DNA of 56,552 nucleotides, counting the filler, from Porpidia crustulata (lineage: Eukaryota): NCBI GenBank assembly GCA_964255105.1. It is 4 parts of 4 records of this genome, joined end to end, with 100 filler letters (N's around TTAATTAATTAA, not from the genome) between each part and the next. Parts side by side here need not be neighbours in the genome. Positions count along the whole stretch, not along the records: positions 14,199 to 28,290 come from CAXUWE010000396.1; positions 28,391 to 42,422 come from CAXUWE010000397.1; 2 more parts are not named here. One strand, 5' to 3'. A program made the translations under genes and the position numbers. The notes beneath the pieces were generated by a model. It saw nothing but the letters and a program-made list of their open reading frames with translations. It was not told the DNA's origin and searched no databases. Positions within the stretch are counted from its first letter, which is position 1, and each line of letters begins with the position of its first letter. This document shows positions 25,084 through 37,121 of the stretch, one piece after another.

Positions 25084-27191
25084 TTGGAGCACAATATTCA
25101 CCATTTTGCCTCTTTCAATAGTAGCGATATCAAGCATACCCTGGACGTGACGACCCTAGTACTGGAAAGGCTGCGTCAACGTCAACGCAGCTATGACGAA
25201 GAGCCGCACGAAAACCTGGATTTTGCGAAGTACAGTGCGAACCTCGAACACCTTCTTCTGTGCCTCCAGCAGGCCGCACTTGCAGCATTGATTCACCTCA
25301 GCCTAAAGCTTATCGAGGCTGAAGCCTTACGCTGGATTAACTTTCGCAGGAGGCTGGTGCAAGTTATCGAGGGATGGTTCGCGGAATGGCCAGGTGGGAG
25401 GCACCCTCTTTCTACGACATGGCCTTGGACTATCAAGTCTAGCCTCGTCATTCTCTGGGGCGTTTGCTGGAAATTCCATACCGGCGACAATGCGCAGATG
25501 TGGATGCCTAATGGAACAGCCCAATCAGGACAATTTAGCGAGAACTCCCGGCCTTGGTCAGCCCTGCCAGCTCAGTCGGCAGTACCGAGTCAACAAAGTA
25601 AGACTCACGATATGAGGGTACAACCTGTAGACATATTGACTAATTATTGTTCTTGTCAGATCCAGCAACTTGGACAGCGTCGGGGTTTAATACTCCTTCA
25701 GTATCAATCTATTCGCCATCGCAGTGGCTCCGGCCGGCAACTAGCGACACGCGTCTTTCCCGACGCGCTAATAATCGTGAGTCATCTCTTTACGCGAGGT
25801 CACAAGATCTCTCCACACGTGCTTTTCTCACCATGCAGCCACCTTACCTTCCATTACCTTGCCTTTGCATTTCCAGCCTTCAGGTTTTTTACGTTGTGAC
25901 TAATTCTCCAATGCAGGCAATTCTGACTACCAGTCCGCGCTGCCTGGAAGCTTCGACGCTAGTGTTCTTGGAAACCCTTATATATTCAGCCCCACAGCAT
26001 CCTCAGACCGTTTACCGGACCCGCTAACTTCACAGCCACATTTCCAAGGCAGCAATTATTTCCCCACTTCTTGCCCCGATTATACGTTCGAGGGTGACTG
26101 GCCACTTATCAGCCCGCTGGAGGCTCATATTGCAGTTGTTGAAGCAACTGCACCGGGTTGTCAGATCGAACATACCAGGCCTAATGTCCCTGGGGACAGA
26201 CAAGCGATTTCTTTCCTGGAGAGTACGAGAAACGTGAGCCATCAATTTGGGCTCCAACTGCCTGGAACCGATATGCAAGGTTACCCCAGCCCAGGTAGCG
26301 AATATTCAAAGGAAAGAAACCTCTCATGTTCGCCTCTGTCGCCCCCTATTGCTGTTGGGTCAAATATGCCGTTAGCAGCGTCCACAAGCACGAGTCCTCA
26401 ACCACGGCAGGAAGAAAGCCGAAAATCTCGAGAACCAACTAAGAATGCAGAGGGATTTATCTATTGTGCGCACCCCAAGTGCGGGGACCAGCCTCCAATT
26501 TTTGCAAGAAAATGCGAGTGGACGTGAGTGTTCTTGATTTTCTCTTCCCCTATTGATGATGCTTTTGCTTTTATGTGCTGTATCCCTCAAGGGACTATAC
26601 TAACGTATATCACGTAGAAAACACATGGATAAGCATGATCGACCGTACGTCTGCGAAGAACCCGGCTGCGAGAAGATACAAGGCTTCACCTACTCGGGTG
26701 GCTTACTCAGACACCAACGCGAAGTTCATCGGCACCACGGTGGTCCCAAAGCTACCTTCATGTGTCCCTACCGCGACTGCAAACGCAGCACAGGTGTGGG
26801 GTTTTCACGCAAAGAAAATCTATCTGAACACCTTCGCCGTGTCCATCGAGGCGCCGGTGAGCAAGACAAGACTTCTGCCGCAAATGTCCAGCACCAGGAT
26901 ATAGATCAGAAAACCGTTACTCCCATCACCCTGGATTCTCGGAAACGCACAAAGGGCTCCGATTTTCCCGAAGATGAGCGAGGTGTACTACCTGAAGCTC
27001 TCAAGCGAAGAAGGGGCCAAGATAGGGACGTTCTAGGTCACAGTGAAAATGTGGGACAGCCTCAAGATCTACAGCAGCAAGTCGAAGCCTTGACAAGGGA
27101 ATTGCGCGTGTGCCAGGACAAGATCAGGAAATTAGAACAGACCGTCGAGCAGATCTCGAGGGACAACACCTTCACGTATAAACCATTGTAA
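25084..27191 (+). CDS. C2H2 zinc-finger transcription factor (5' end uncertain)
   Basis: Introns approx. 25598-25659, 25778-25916 and 26524-26617. Three fingers: CAHPKC..KCEWTKHMDKH, CEEPGC..GLLRHQREVH, CPYRDC..NLSEHLRRVH. C-terminal coiled coil. The true start codon was not resolved. Confidence 0.85.
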
Positions 27192-27936
27192 TAGACTTTT
27201 CATTTGTTCTTACGACTTTCCTCTCTATGTTCCTTTCCATGTTATGATACTCACCAGACTGTACAATAATGTATGGGTCCTTTCGGCAAGCGTAGGCGTT
27301 GGGAAGACGGGGTATTGGATAACTTTGCTCATTCATGGGTATAACTTTGTATTACAACCGGGAAATTGAACTCTTGTTTGAGTCTTGGATCAATCGGGAG
27401 ACGGCTTTGGATAGGATTATTTTCTATCAGAAAGCACCAATACATCTCTACTTACGGATATCATTCACGATGAAGCAAATGTCGTACCAACCTCACCTTC
27501 TCCCCTTTTTCCCAACTAACTTCACATCTATTCCCTTTAGGCTTCCGTATCCCATGCGAGTCTCATCAGATATCGATGCCTTGACCACTACACCACTCCC
27601 TCAATCGTGCTACCTGTAAATTCTCGCTATACAACCATGCGAACACATCGTCCTCTCATCCTGCCGCCTAGTTGCCACAGCTCGATAGTATCTGCCTAAA
27701 GAAGCTTTCTGCATGATAATCTCCTTTAAAGTCCTTTCGTTTTGATTGGCTTTTAGAGCCAGGGGTTGTGTAGAGCGGTATTGAGGCAATGAGATCCTGG
27801 GTTGATGGATTGGCTGGATTCATGTCCAGAGTGGTTTTCTGGCCTGAGGCAATACTTAGGTTAGTGATGAAAGCATGTGATAACGGATGGGATGGATTTT
27901 GACACGACAGGGATCTTGATATCGAATTCCAAATCG

Positions 27937-28050
27937 TACTCATTTTCACCCCTCAACAGAACAACTAGGTTCAAACTAGTGAAAATAACCCTAACCCTAG
28001 GCCTGCTGTTCCTTCGCGGGGTGTATTCCGTTGAGGGGTGAAAACGAGTA
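27937..28050. mobile_element. MITE-like element, 25-bp terminal inverted repeats (incl. flanking TA) enclosing TAACCCTAACCCTA
   Basis: Left arm TACTCATTTTCACCCCTCAACAGAA (27937-27961). Reverse complement of the right arm (28026-28050) is TACTCGTTTTCACCCCTCAACGGAA, 23/25 identical. TA at both ends. Telomeric repeat at 27986-27999. Confidence 0.7.
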
Positions 28051-28260
28051 GCTACTTACGTGACGTACCTCGGCAGGAAACATCACCACTCGATCTTTGA
28101 TAGCTCAAACATCATCTCAACGTGTTTCATATACATGCAGGCTCCGAGAACCATCATCTCCATAGCCATCAAGCACAGCGCCTGCCCTGTAAGGATACCG
28201 TCGTACTCATCCAGACCACCACTCTTCTATTCCCGTATCAACCACCACAACCGCCGCACC

Positions 28261-28290
28261 ATGGCTTCCGCAACCAGCTTCTACGACTTC
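28261..28290 (+). CDS. Glutathione peroxidase (Gpx/Hyr1-like), 5' fragment truncated by an assembly gap
   Basis: Good Kozak context (ACCATGG). MASATSFYDF matches the characteristic N-terminus of Pezizomycotina glutathione peroxidases. Only 10 codons are visible. Confidence 0.6.
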
Positions 28291-28390
28291 NNNNNNNNNN
28301 NNNNNNNNNNNNNNNNNNNNNNNNNNNNNNNNNNTTAATTAATTAANNNNNNNNNNNNNNNNNNNNNNNNNNNNNNNNNNNNNNNNNNNN
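28291..28390. other. Assembly gap with TTAATTAATTAA spacer
   Basis: N-run with stop-in-all-frames pad. Confidence 0.97.
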
Positions 28391-28529
28391 GGGGGTGGTA
28401 TGGTGGGGGAAGGGGGGGTTGGAGGAGGGAATGAGGGTGGAGAGTTTGAGGGCGCTTGGATTGGGATCGATTTGATGATTGATTTGGGAGGGTATAGTCG
28501 GATTAAGGCGCTGGGGCTTTTTCTGTAGA

Positions 28530-29193
28530 GCGCTCTATAAGCAGGCTTCGAGCGTGCGGCTATCGTATCTGGACGCTCTCGGTCAGCTACAGGCTCAACT
28601 CGATTCAATGATAGTCTCTAACCTTTCGAAGGTCTCGGGATCTGCAAAAGCCTTTGACGTCTAGGAATTCTAGACTTTGGCTGCAGGTCGGACGATCAAT
28701 AGGGTCCCACGATTTATTGATCAGTTGTGATGCTATCGACTGTGATAAATAATCCAAGACGGACATCGGGCTTGTGGTTGGAGAAACTGTGATCGTACAT
28801 TTAGGAAGTGCACCGACTTTGAGGGCTTCCGAGCAGATAGTACACTCGGTAAATTCATTGGTTTCTCTTATCGTACGAGTAGACAAAGCGTGGGATACAG
28901 TATCCCCTGGTTCGTTTCTTTTAACTTTTGCTCTCTCTAGTGTTGATGGTGGCGACTGAGGTATCGTGCGTGGACGAAGGATCTGGCGAGCACCGTTGCT
29001 TGAGTTTTGCATCGACGCGCAATGAGCTGCCTCGACTAGCGGTTTGCTGTGTTTTTTGGACTCGAGGCTTGTGTGGAGGAAGTGGGGTGTTGTTGTTGTA
29101 AGCTGAGAAGAAGCTACGGCGATAATCTCGATTAAAATTAAATTGTTGAAAGGTGCGGCTTGAAACTCGCGTTAGCTCTAATATTGGAGACAT
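28530..29193 (-). pseudogene. Degenerate RING/IBR (RBR, Ariadne-like) E3 ligase remnant
   Basis: ECTICSE...LSQSIASQLINKSWDPIDRPTCSQSLEFLDVK, then a frameshift to AFADPETFER, an intron, then YDSRTLEACL*. Several Zn-ligand Cys/His residues are lost; frameshifts and a stop are present. Confidence 0.6.
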
Positions 29194-30255
29194 GGTTCGT
29201 GTTTTACTCGATGGTGGTTCAACAGGGTAGTGAGATATTGCTTCGTCCAGGAGTTCCAGTGCAACCCAAGTAGATGGGTCGGAACACCTGCTTGAACATA
29301 TTTCTCATTGATGATCATGATGTATAGAGGCCGCTTTGACGGGCGAGTGTTACAAGAAGTAGAAGGTCGTATACTTAGGGCGAGAATTCAGGAGGTGCGC
29401 TAGGTGAAGAAAACCAGAGCAGTATTAGAAACGTGGTCTGGAGATACAAGAATTCTCTAGCTGCTTAACAAGGAAAGCTTAGGAATAACGTAGTAAGGGA
29501 AAGCGTTGAAATTGGAGAAGGAGACGGAGTTGGAAGTAAAGATAACACCGCGGCTTGTCTGAGATTCTACCGAAATAAGTTGATGACAGATGTCAGTAAA
29601 GAGTTGTGAGAGATACCAGCTGATTAAGAATGAGCGAAGAAAATTTAAAAAATGAAAAACAGAGAGATTATGACTATGCGCAGCTGATATCTGTAAGTAA
29701 GCTACAATGGAAGGTATAGGCCTAGGAGCTAGAAAAAAAGTTAGCGAAGACTGATGAACGTTCAGTATGTTCAGGAAGTTTTGATCCCCAGCCAAAGGGC
29801 ATGGCTTCTCAGATTTCTATCATCTGATATTTGCGGACCATGACTGAGTCGTTCTTCAGGTCCCTTAAGCTATGAATCTCTCCCCATTCCTAGTGTACCT
29901 AGATTGGATGAGAAGGACGAAGTGGCGGAGGCGTGGAAAGCAAAACAAGACATGCCTGTACTGGGACAATGACTGAATCTGATATGAAAAATTGGAAAAG
30001 CTTTTATGCTGGAATCAAACCGTCTCCTTCTCATCTCGTCAGGCAAGTGACCCGCGAGGACATATAGTCGCTGGTAGCGGCTGTAGCACAAAATACTTAA
30101 AGTGGCTAGCTCGATTAGCTATTCGAGACTGTGGGAACAATTCTGTATTCCATCTACCCAAGTGTGAGTGCTGATACCTTGAGGAGACCACGCGGTTGAA
30201 GGAAAGAATGGAAGTGGTTTTGGTGCAAATTACTCGTACTCATCCATCGAGGTCA

Positions 30256-30321
30256 ACCCCTCAACGGGCCATCTATTGTAAGCTGAACCCTAACCCTAAG
30301 CGAGGTGGCCCGTTAAGGGGT
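30256..30321. mobile_element. Second, shorter copy of the telomere-repeat-containing inverted-repeat element
   Basis: Arms ACCCCTCAACGGGCCATCT (30256-30274) and AGGTGGCCCGTTAAGGGGT (30303-30321) are 17/19 complementary. It shares the ACCCCTCAACGG core with the 27937 copy. Internal AACCCTAACCCTAA at 30286-30299. Confidence 0.65.
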
Positions 30322-30413
30322 AAGTAACTACTATATGCTCCCACGCTCCCCACCTCCTCTTGAGGATTTCGGTGGCAGAAGTCTTCGTGTCCTCGGACTT
30401 GTAGGTCTTCATC

Positions 30414-30962
30414 ATGACGACCGCTCTGCTTGTCATAGATATGCAGAATGCCCTCCTCTACATGACAACGACTAGCCTCCCAAAGGTCAAAAGTCTTATC
30501 TCCCACTTCCAAGATCGAGCACTTCCTATCATATTCGTCCAACATGGGCACTCAGCAGCCGAGCTCAACCCTCCGTACAATAATCAGCTAGTTCGGACGT
30601 GGGGACCAGCAGACTGTATTGCTACTGGCAGTGTGGACTGGGAATTAATTCCCGACATTGCCATTCTGGCGGAAGGACATATAATTATAGCGAAGAATAC
30701 CTTTGATGCATTCATCAACACTGATCTTGAGAAGATCCTCAAAAATCACGACGTAGAGACAGTGGTGGTGTGTGGGGTTCAGACAGACGCCTGCTGTGAT
30801 ACAACGGCCAGGAGTGCCTTCAACAGGGGATTCGAAACTTTGCTGGTCGAGGATGCATGTGGAACCGAGGACAAAATACAGCATGAGGCGGCGATAAAGG
30901 TATTTGGGTATGGGTATAAAGGGATAATCAGGACACATGAGGTCGTAGAGAGAGTAAAATGA
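30414..30962 (+). CDS. Isochorismatase-family cysteine hydrolase
   Basis: Intronless, 182 aa. TALLVIDMQN (catalytic Asp), AKNTFDAF (Lys), GVQTDACCDTTARSAFNRGF (Cys). Confidence 0.92.
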   Translation: MTTALLVIDMQNALLYMTTTSLPKVKSLISHFQDRALPIIFVQHGHSAAELNPPYNNQLVRTWGPADCIATGSVDWELIPDIAILAEGHIIIAKNTFDAFINTDLEKILKNHDVETVVVCGVQTDACCDTTARSAFNRGFETLLVEDACGTEDKIQHEAAIKVFGYGYKGIIRTHEVVERVK

Positions 30963-33708
30963 GGGCTTCTATTGAGACAGAAGGATCTTTCGAGCTCCAG
31001 TGTATTTGGACTATGTGGAAGCTGATGTAGAACGATTGAAATTCTTCCTACACATGCCGCATGCTTCGTCGGCCACGTACAAGCGCAGCTATTGATATTA
31101 GCTGAATACGCAAACTGGCTGAATATTTCATGCCAGGTTACACCAACGACTCAACTTCTAACTAGATCCTCAATTAGTTACTAAATACTCTACTCATTTT
31201 GTTAACACTGAGAAGACTTAGAGCATCCTAGCATCCTAGCTTTTAAATGACCCAAACCAGCGATAGACCGACTCTCCAGCATCGCTTTCCAATCTCCTGA
31301 AAACAAATTCAATGATTTATACCAAAGCCTGAATGGAGTAAGGCTCATGACTCCGGGACAGAAGCTTGCACCTCAAAACTTCTCTGTGAGATATCAATTA
31401 ATATTTTGCCTTATTTACTAGGCCAAAAGATACTAATATTGAGCAGATGTAAAGTCCAAGATCCATCCATTGCTAGGGGATTAGTGCAACACCGACCTAG
31501 AAGCCATTCACCGTTTGCCGAAATACCATGTCGAAGATTTACACAGCTTCTCTCATTGACGTCTTTGTGGCAACGAATTTTGATGGTCACTTGGTCACAA
31601 ATCTTGATGGAAGCTAAAGCGGCCTTCAACTTGACGGGGTCTACATGTGGTGAAGAATTCGGTCGCTCCATTAGTGCAGTTTCCGAGTCGGATTGAGTTT
31701 ATCGCATTTCGATGTGGAATATAAAAGACTTGAGTGCTAGGCAAGCTTGAGCAATGTATATAAACCTATCTGAGGGATATCCCACGCCAGTGGTAGCATC
31801 GTAGATAACACCAAGCCTCAAGTGCTTTACTGTTGCAAGTTGCTGGTGTGAGAATGCCACGTCGACTCTTTGATCGAAAATACTCCAATTTTCAAGCCGG
31901 ATGGAGGGCGGATTCTGAGCGTGTCATGTAGGTGGAATCGAATTTGCCTTACAGAATTGAGAGAGCCCCCTCGTGAACGTCTCGGCATACGCGGAGAAAA
32001 CTGACAGCGGGCTTGAGCTCGGGATTCTCGGAGACCACTGATCAAGGCACAGTGCTGATTCAACCAACATCTATTCCCCCACAGTGAGTGCTATGCGTCG
32101 CCTGCTATTATGGACACCAAAAATCGTTAGTCATCTAGGGAGTTCGTTGATCACCCGCGGCTCGTAAGCACTTTAGGATTGATGAGGCATGATGAACCTT
32201 GATAGCTAGCGAAAACAGAATCATAGGTAAGTTTTCATAGTGATAGATTTCACACGCCAAGATAGAACTATATCGTCAAGAATGGCAATCACCATTTCAC
32301 ATCTGTGGTATATTGATTGTCAGACTGATACTTTAAGCTCACTCTAGATTATCCTCACGATCCAGATATTTGTTATGATCATATGAAGCACCCGGTCCCC
32401 AATCGAACGGCGAAGTCGTACTACAGACTACTGGGTAGTTGGTGTAAAAAACAACACCCCCCGTCCCTCAATCCACCCCGGAAGCCCCGCTGCACCAGGC
32501 TCTAATACCACCTAAACCCAACACTAAAGGATATTTTGCGTAGCTGGTCCTCCCAAAGGCGGCAAGGATCCTGGGGGACAGCTAGGGGTGGGATGTATCG
32601 TTCCAAACCGCCGTGGTACCTGGCACATTCAAGGCACAATGTAAAATGATGCACCACAAACTGCTTTGCCTCGTGAGCCGTCAATTCTGTAAAATATCTG
32701 GTAGACAACGGTATCACGTCGCACAGACTATGAGGCTAAGAGCCGGGCGGAGATTTCTCTAGGCTGTTCCTAAAATCAAACTCTTGGCACGTGGATAGCC
32801 GAGAGCGCTAGAGTACCGAGCTTAACTTCTTTCGGTTAGCTGGTAGTAAAAGGCAATTGTGATCTGCCTTCTTTCTGAAATTGCAAACTTTGCAAGTCTC
32901 ACCCAACATCAATTATAGACATTATGATGCCGAGTAAAGAGGTCACAACGATAAGGTAGTCACCATACCTCGCTTTGGGTGCGCTCTGAATGCCTTTCCT
33001 GTGAACTTCTTTTTGCGATGTTCAGCCTCTCTTTGCAGATTGGACTACCCTGGACAAGAACGACGAATTGCAGCTGAGTAGTGTCATGCTAGCAGTAGCT
33101 CTGGAATAATCGTCTCTTGAAACAACTTATTCCGAGCGATGATTCTAATTTTGCGCAGTGCATAAAGAGACTGAGGGGCACAGTCCGAGCTGAGACGCTC
33201 TGCCGCAGCCACCGCTTATGTGCGTTCTGCCTTTGCTCTTCTGGAAGCGGGAGCAACCTCATGTTGACACGGAATTGAATGCACTTGGATTTTTGGAGTT
33301 GGGAAGATGCAAGCCACCTGATAAGCCTCCGCTGTTGTATGCTCGTTCCGGCACAGGTGATTGTGATGGAGGCAGTGCTTACATCAAGGGCCCAACCACC
33401 TTCAATATTCTCCTCTATAGACCTCCCGAATACCCCAAATATCATTGGTGAACCAATTCGAGGCTGAAATCTCATGGATTCCGCTCCTTCTCGTCTCCTC
33501 ATGGCATGAACGGGGCGCTGCATATTCTCGGGGACCGTTCTCTCCGTCATGGTTTCAAGCGCATACATACTACGAGGCTGGCGAGCCTCGACGACAGAGT
33601 CATGTCTTGTAATATAATAGACGCTTTGTCTTCTAAATCTCATTTTGTCGTTTCCACACTGTCTTTGGGATCGATCTTGCGGTGAAACCTAAATTTTACG
33701 AACAAACC

Positions 33709-35950
33709 ATGCGTTCGACAGCTCTCTCTCCTCTCGCGCTCATCCTAGCATTATTTCTCACTTTCAATTTCTGTGCCAATGCAATTCCCGATCCCATTGT
33801 CAAGGCACCCATTCGTGTTACGCCCCGTGTGGAGCATCTGCCTGGGAGCCGGCATTTGATAGCAGCGAGAAAGGTTTCGCAATTGAAGCCTCGGGAAATT
33901 GCCGACGTATTCACTCATGAGCAAAGCCTCCACTACATTGACGGTACTTACTCGAGCTATTGTTCAAGTTACAACGCTGATTTTATACGTCTCTCAAGCC
34001 AATAGCCATGGAACTTCATCCCAATTTGCGGCTCAAGTTCGTATAGCGTCAAAGCTACCTTCTCTACTTCTTGAAGAGATGGAGACCCACTTCGATGGAG
34101 TACAATGCTCGGTCTCGACCGTCACTCTTTTTTTCAGCACGCCTGAGCGACTCAGGCTAGCGCATGAGGAATTAAGTCGAGTCGCGCAATTCATCCTCGT
34201 TACCTCTCACGAGGGTTGCAACAAGGAAGGAGAAAGGGACACACACATGTTAGCAATTGGTCGTACTGACTTTACCGGGGATAAGTATGCTGACTTGCAT
34301 AGTGTATCGGCGCTTGACATCTATGAGGACGGGCAGCTTTTGGTGCTTTCAACCGTGCGCATCCCTTGGAAACACGCGGTCCACTCAATCACAGTCGATT
34401 TCGGAAGCAGCGATGACTCCTACGATCTTCGAGAGTGGCCAAAACTACAACGGAGGCAAGCAACAACTACAGCATCCGTAGTCGCGAGTCCTACAAACTC
34501 TCTAACCTTTCCCACACCAACGTCGTCCGGAGCTACCCAGGCGACATCCATAACTGAGCAGTTCAACCGCCAATGGATTGATAAGGCAATATTACCGCCA
34601 GATGGCGCTCTGGGCCAGCTTGCGTCGATTGGTCCCTCAATGTATGTTGTTCAATTATGTGAAATTTACACTTACTGTGCACTTACTAAGCGATACGAGT
34701 AGACCTGCAGGTTTCACGATATCGTGTAAAAACTGTTCCGTGCAAGGAGATATAAGTATATCTTCAGGCTCCTTCACCATGAGCAGTTCCAATCAGAGTT
34801 CGAACCAGAACGAAAGCTTCGTTGACTTTTTCGTCAAAAACAACGGTTACGTGGAGCTTTTAGCAAAAGACTTCTCGGCGCACATTGAACTCGAGAGCAA
34901 GATCAAACCATCGAAACAGCTCGTTAAATATACTGCTCCATTGCCTTCAATCAATTTCACGCCATTTCAGGTTAGCTTTCTCTCCTTGTGCCCCAACGCT
35001 CATTATGTTCGGCTAATAGGCGCGGAATAGATTCCTGGAATTGCAGCCGTTGGTCCTCAGCTGAACCCACAAGTGACCATCGGATTTCAGATTTCCACGG
35101 AGCTTGACTTTGTATACGGATTTGATATTGCCGTAAGTTTGATTTCAAGACTTCTCGTAGCACCCGGGTCTTCATCTCTGGGCGGCGACTGCAATTTGCT
35201 TACAAGGGATCTTAGGTACCGAACAACTCCAACATAATGCTTGATGTTGGTAATGTAACGAATTCGTCGGTCCAAGGCTTGTGGGTGACGATCTTCCCCT
35301 AGACTGCATGTTGTCTAACTTCTTATAGCCCCAACACTAAAATCACTGCTTTACCCTTTCAAGCCGCGGTGGACAACATTGGTCTTACCGTTACAGCGGG
35401 CTTCAATCCTCAGCTACTCCTTGGTATTTCAATTCTCGGCCATGACGCAACAGCAGGACTTGGTGTCTTCTTGGACCTCCCCAGTGTATCGGCCACACTC
35501 GAGCAAGTCGCCCACGTCAACTCCAAGTGCGAACCCCAACCGTTATCCAGTTCTAGCACGCCCGGTAGTGTGGCAACCGAAATCTTCGATAGCCTCACGC
35601 ACATCAAGGGAGACGTTGGGTTCGACATTGGAGTTTTGGCGCAGGCGAACCTGAACATCGATGGCGCCAGCTTTAACGAGAATGCAAGCTACACTGCCTT
35701 CGCCACCAGTTACCCCTTACCTACCGCTTGTATCAGCTTCGACAGTAAGTCAAAGACTTACGGTGTCGCTGGCGCATCGGTGTCGGCATCCGGCACGGGA
35801 AATACAGGGCAAATTGGGAAGACTGATCAGAAATCGGACGCGGTGTCAAGCTTTAAGAACCCTGTGCTGGAAGTTCTTGGCAAGCAGAGGCGTATGGAAT
35901 TAGCGGCTGGAATTTTGATGCTGGTGTCTGCGGGTTTCGCGACTTTGTAG
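33709..35950 (+). CDS. Secreted, probably GPI-anchored multi-exon protein of unknown function
   Basis: Signal peptide MRSTALSPLALILALFLTFNFCANA. Motifs LLLEE..VQC, VTSHEGCNKEGER, ISCKNCS, PLPTACISFD. Ser/Thr-rich linker and hydrophobic C-terminal tail. Several GT-AG introns (e.g. 33944-33998, 34249-34302); not all junctions were resolved. Confidence 0.75.
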
Positions 35951-37121
35951 ATTCTGGAAGAATTGGGATCATACCTTTTGGTGGAGTCTTTCATTGGAAA
36001 AAAGGGGCACGGCGTTGTTGGCTTCGGATATGGAGGAACGGGGAGAAGTGGATAAAGTAGCCGACTTTCTATCGGAGCTTTCCGTCTTCGCGTGGGGTGA
36101 ACGTCAGGGACTAAGAGAAACAGAAGATGAGTGAAGATATGGTCATTTCGTCTTGATCGATTCGTAGAGTTTGATGATATGGGATTCTGTGATAACGATG
36201 GCCTCTAGCCTAGCTAATGGTCCTTTTCAGTCTATCAATGTTACAGATACTGATATCATTCCTCCGCCGAATGTGCATGCGAATCGATTATATTGTTCCT
36301 CCGGTGTTTATTGACTTGAAGCATCTCACGGAGATCTCCACCCGATTTCCGTGAGATTCACGGGACGGCCCGCCGTAGCGAAACCTTAACTGCCAACGTG
36401 CCACCCATGCGATCGGACGCAAAATTGCCATTGAAGAGTCTCGCATTTATTTATCTCCGATGATTGCGTCAGATTCAACTGGTTACACGCGTGCGATCTA
36501 GTAATCAGAATCCTTTGATCGGATTTAAAGATGCGAAGAGAGCGAAAGCAGCCTCGTATCCGGAAGCCGAGGCTGACGGTTGGCTAGTTCGGGTTTTGGA
36601 AAAGCTCAAAAACCCGAGATACCCCTGTTGATGATGGCATGGATTAAGAGCCAAGAATGACAGAAAGTATGAGCACAACGTATCAACCTCCTAAATGTCC
36701 GGATCCGGTCAGCTCAGACGACCGGACTGTTCGGGAGGAGCACGTTCAAATTGCGAACACAACAACATGTGTATCATGGCGCGAACGTAAAGCTACTGCT
36801 GGCTACATATACCTTCTTCTTGAGCCGCTGCTCTCCACGTTCAAATATTCTGTACGCCAGAATCCATTGCTCGCGGCTTCGATCCTTCCCAAGGTCAACT
36901 GTACTTTTGGCTGGACTGGTCAAAAGCCCTGGGTAAATCCGCACCAGAAAGCAATCCTTAATCAGTGCTGATCTGCGTGTAGACCTTTGCTCGGGGCATT
37001 CCTCCTATCGTTCCTTGAACTGTACCCAGCATAAAAACTTCGTTTTTCAGTATCGTCGAATCCCTCAGAGGTAAAATACAAGCCATCGCCACAGGACCCT
37101 AAGGTTCGCTAGGTTGCGGAC

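Noticed and set aside
27986..27999. TAACCCTAA as a telomerase RNA template or a true chromosome end
   Set aside because: It occurs three times inside related inverted-repeat elements with only ~2.5 units. No pseudoknot or long gene-free TER context was recognised.
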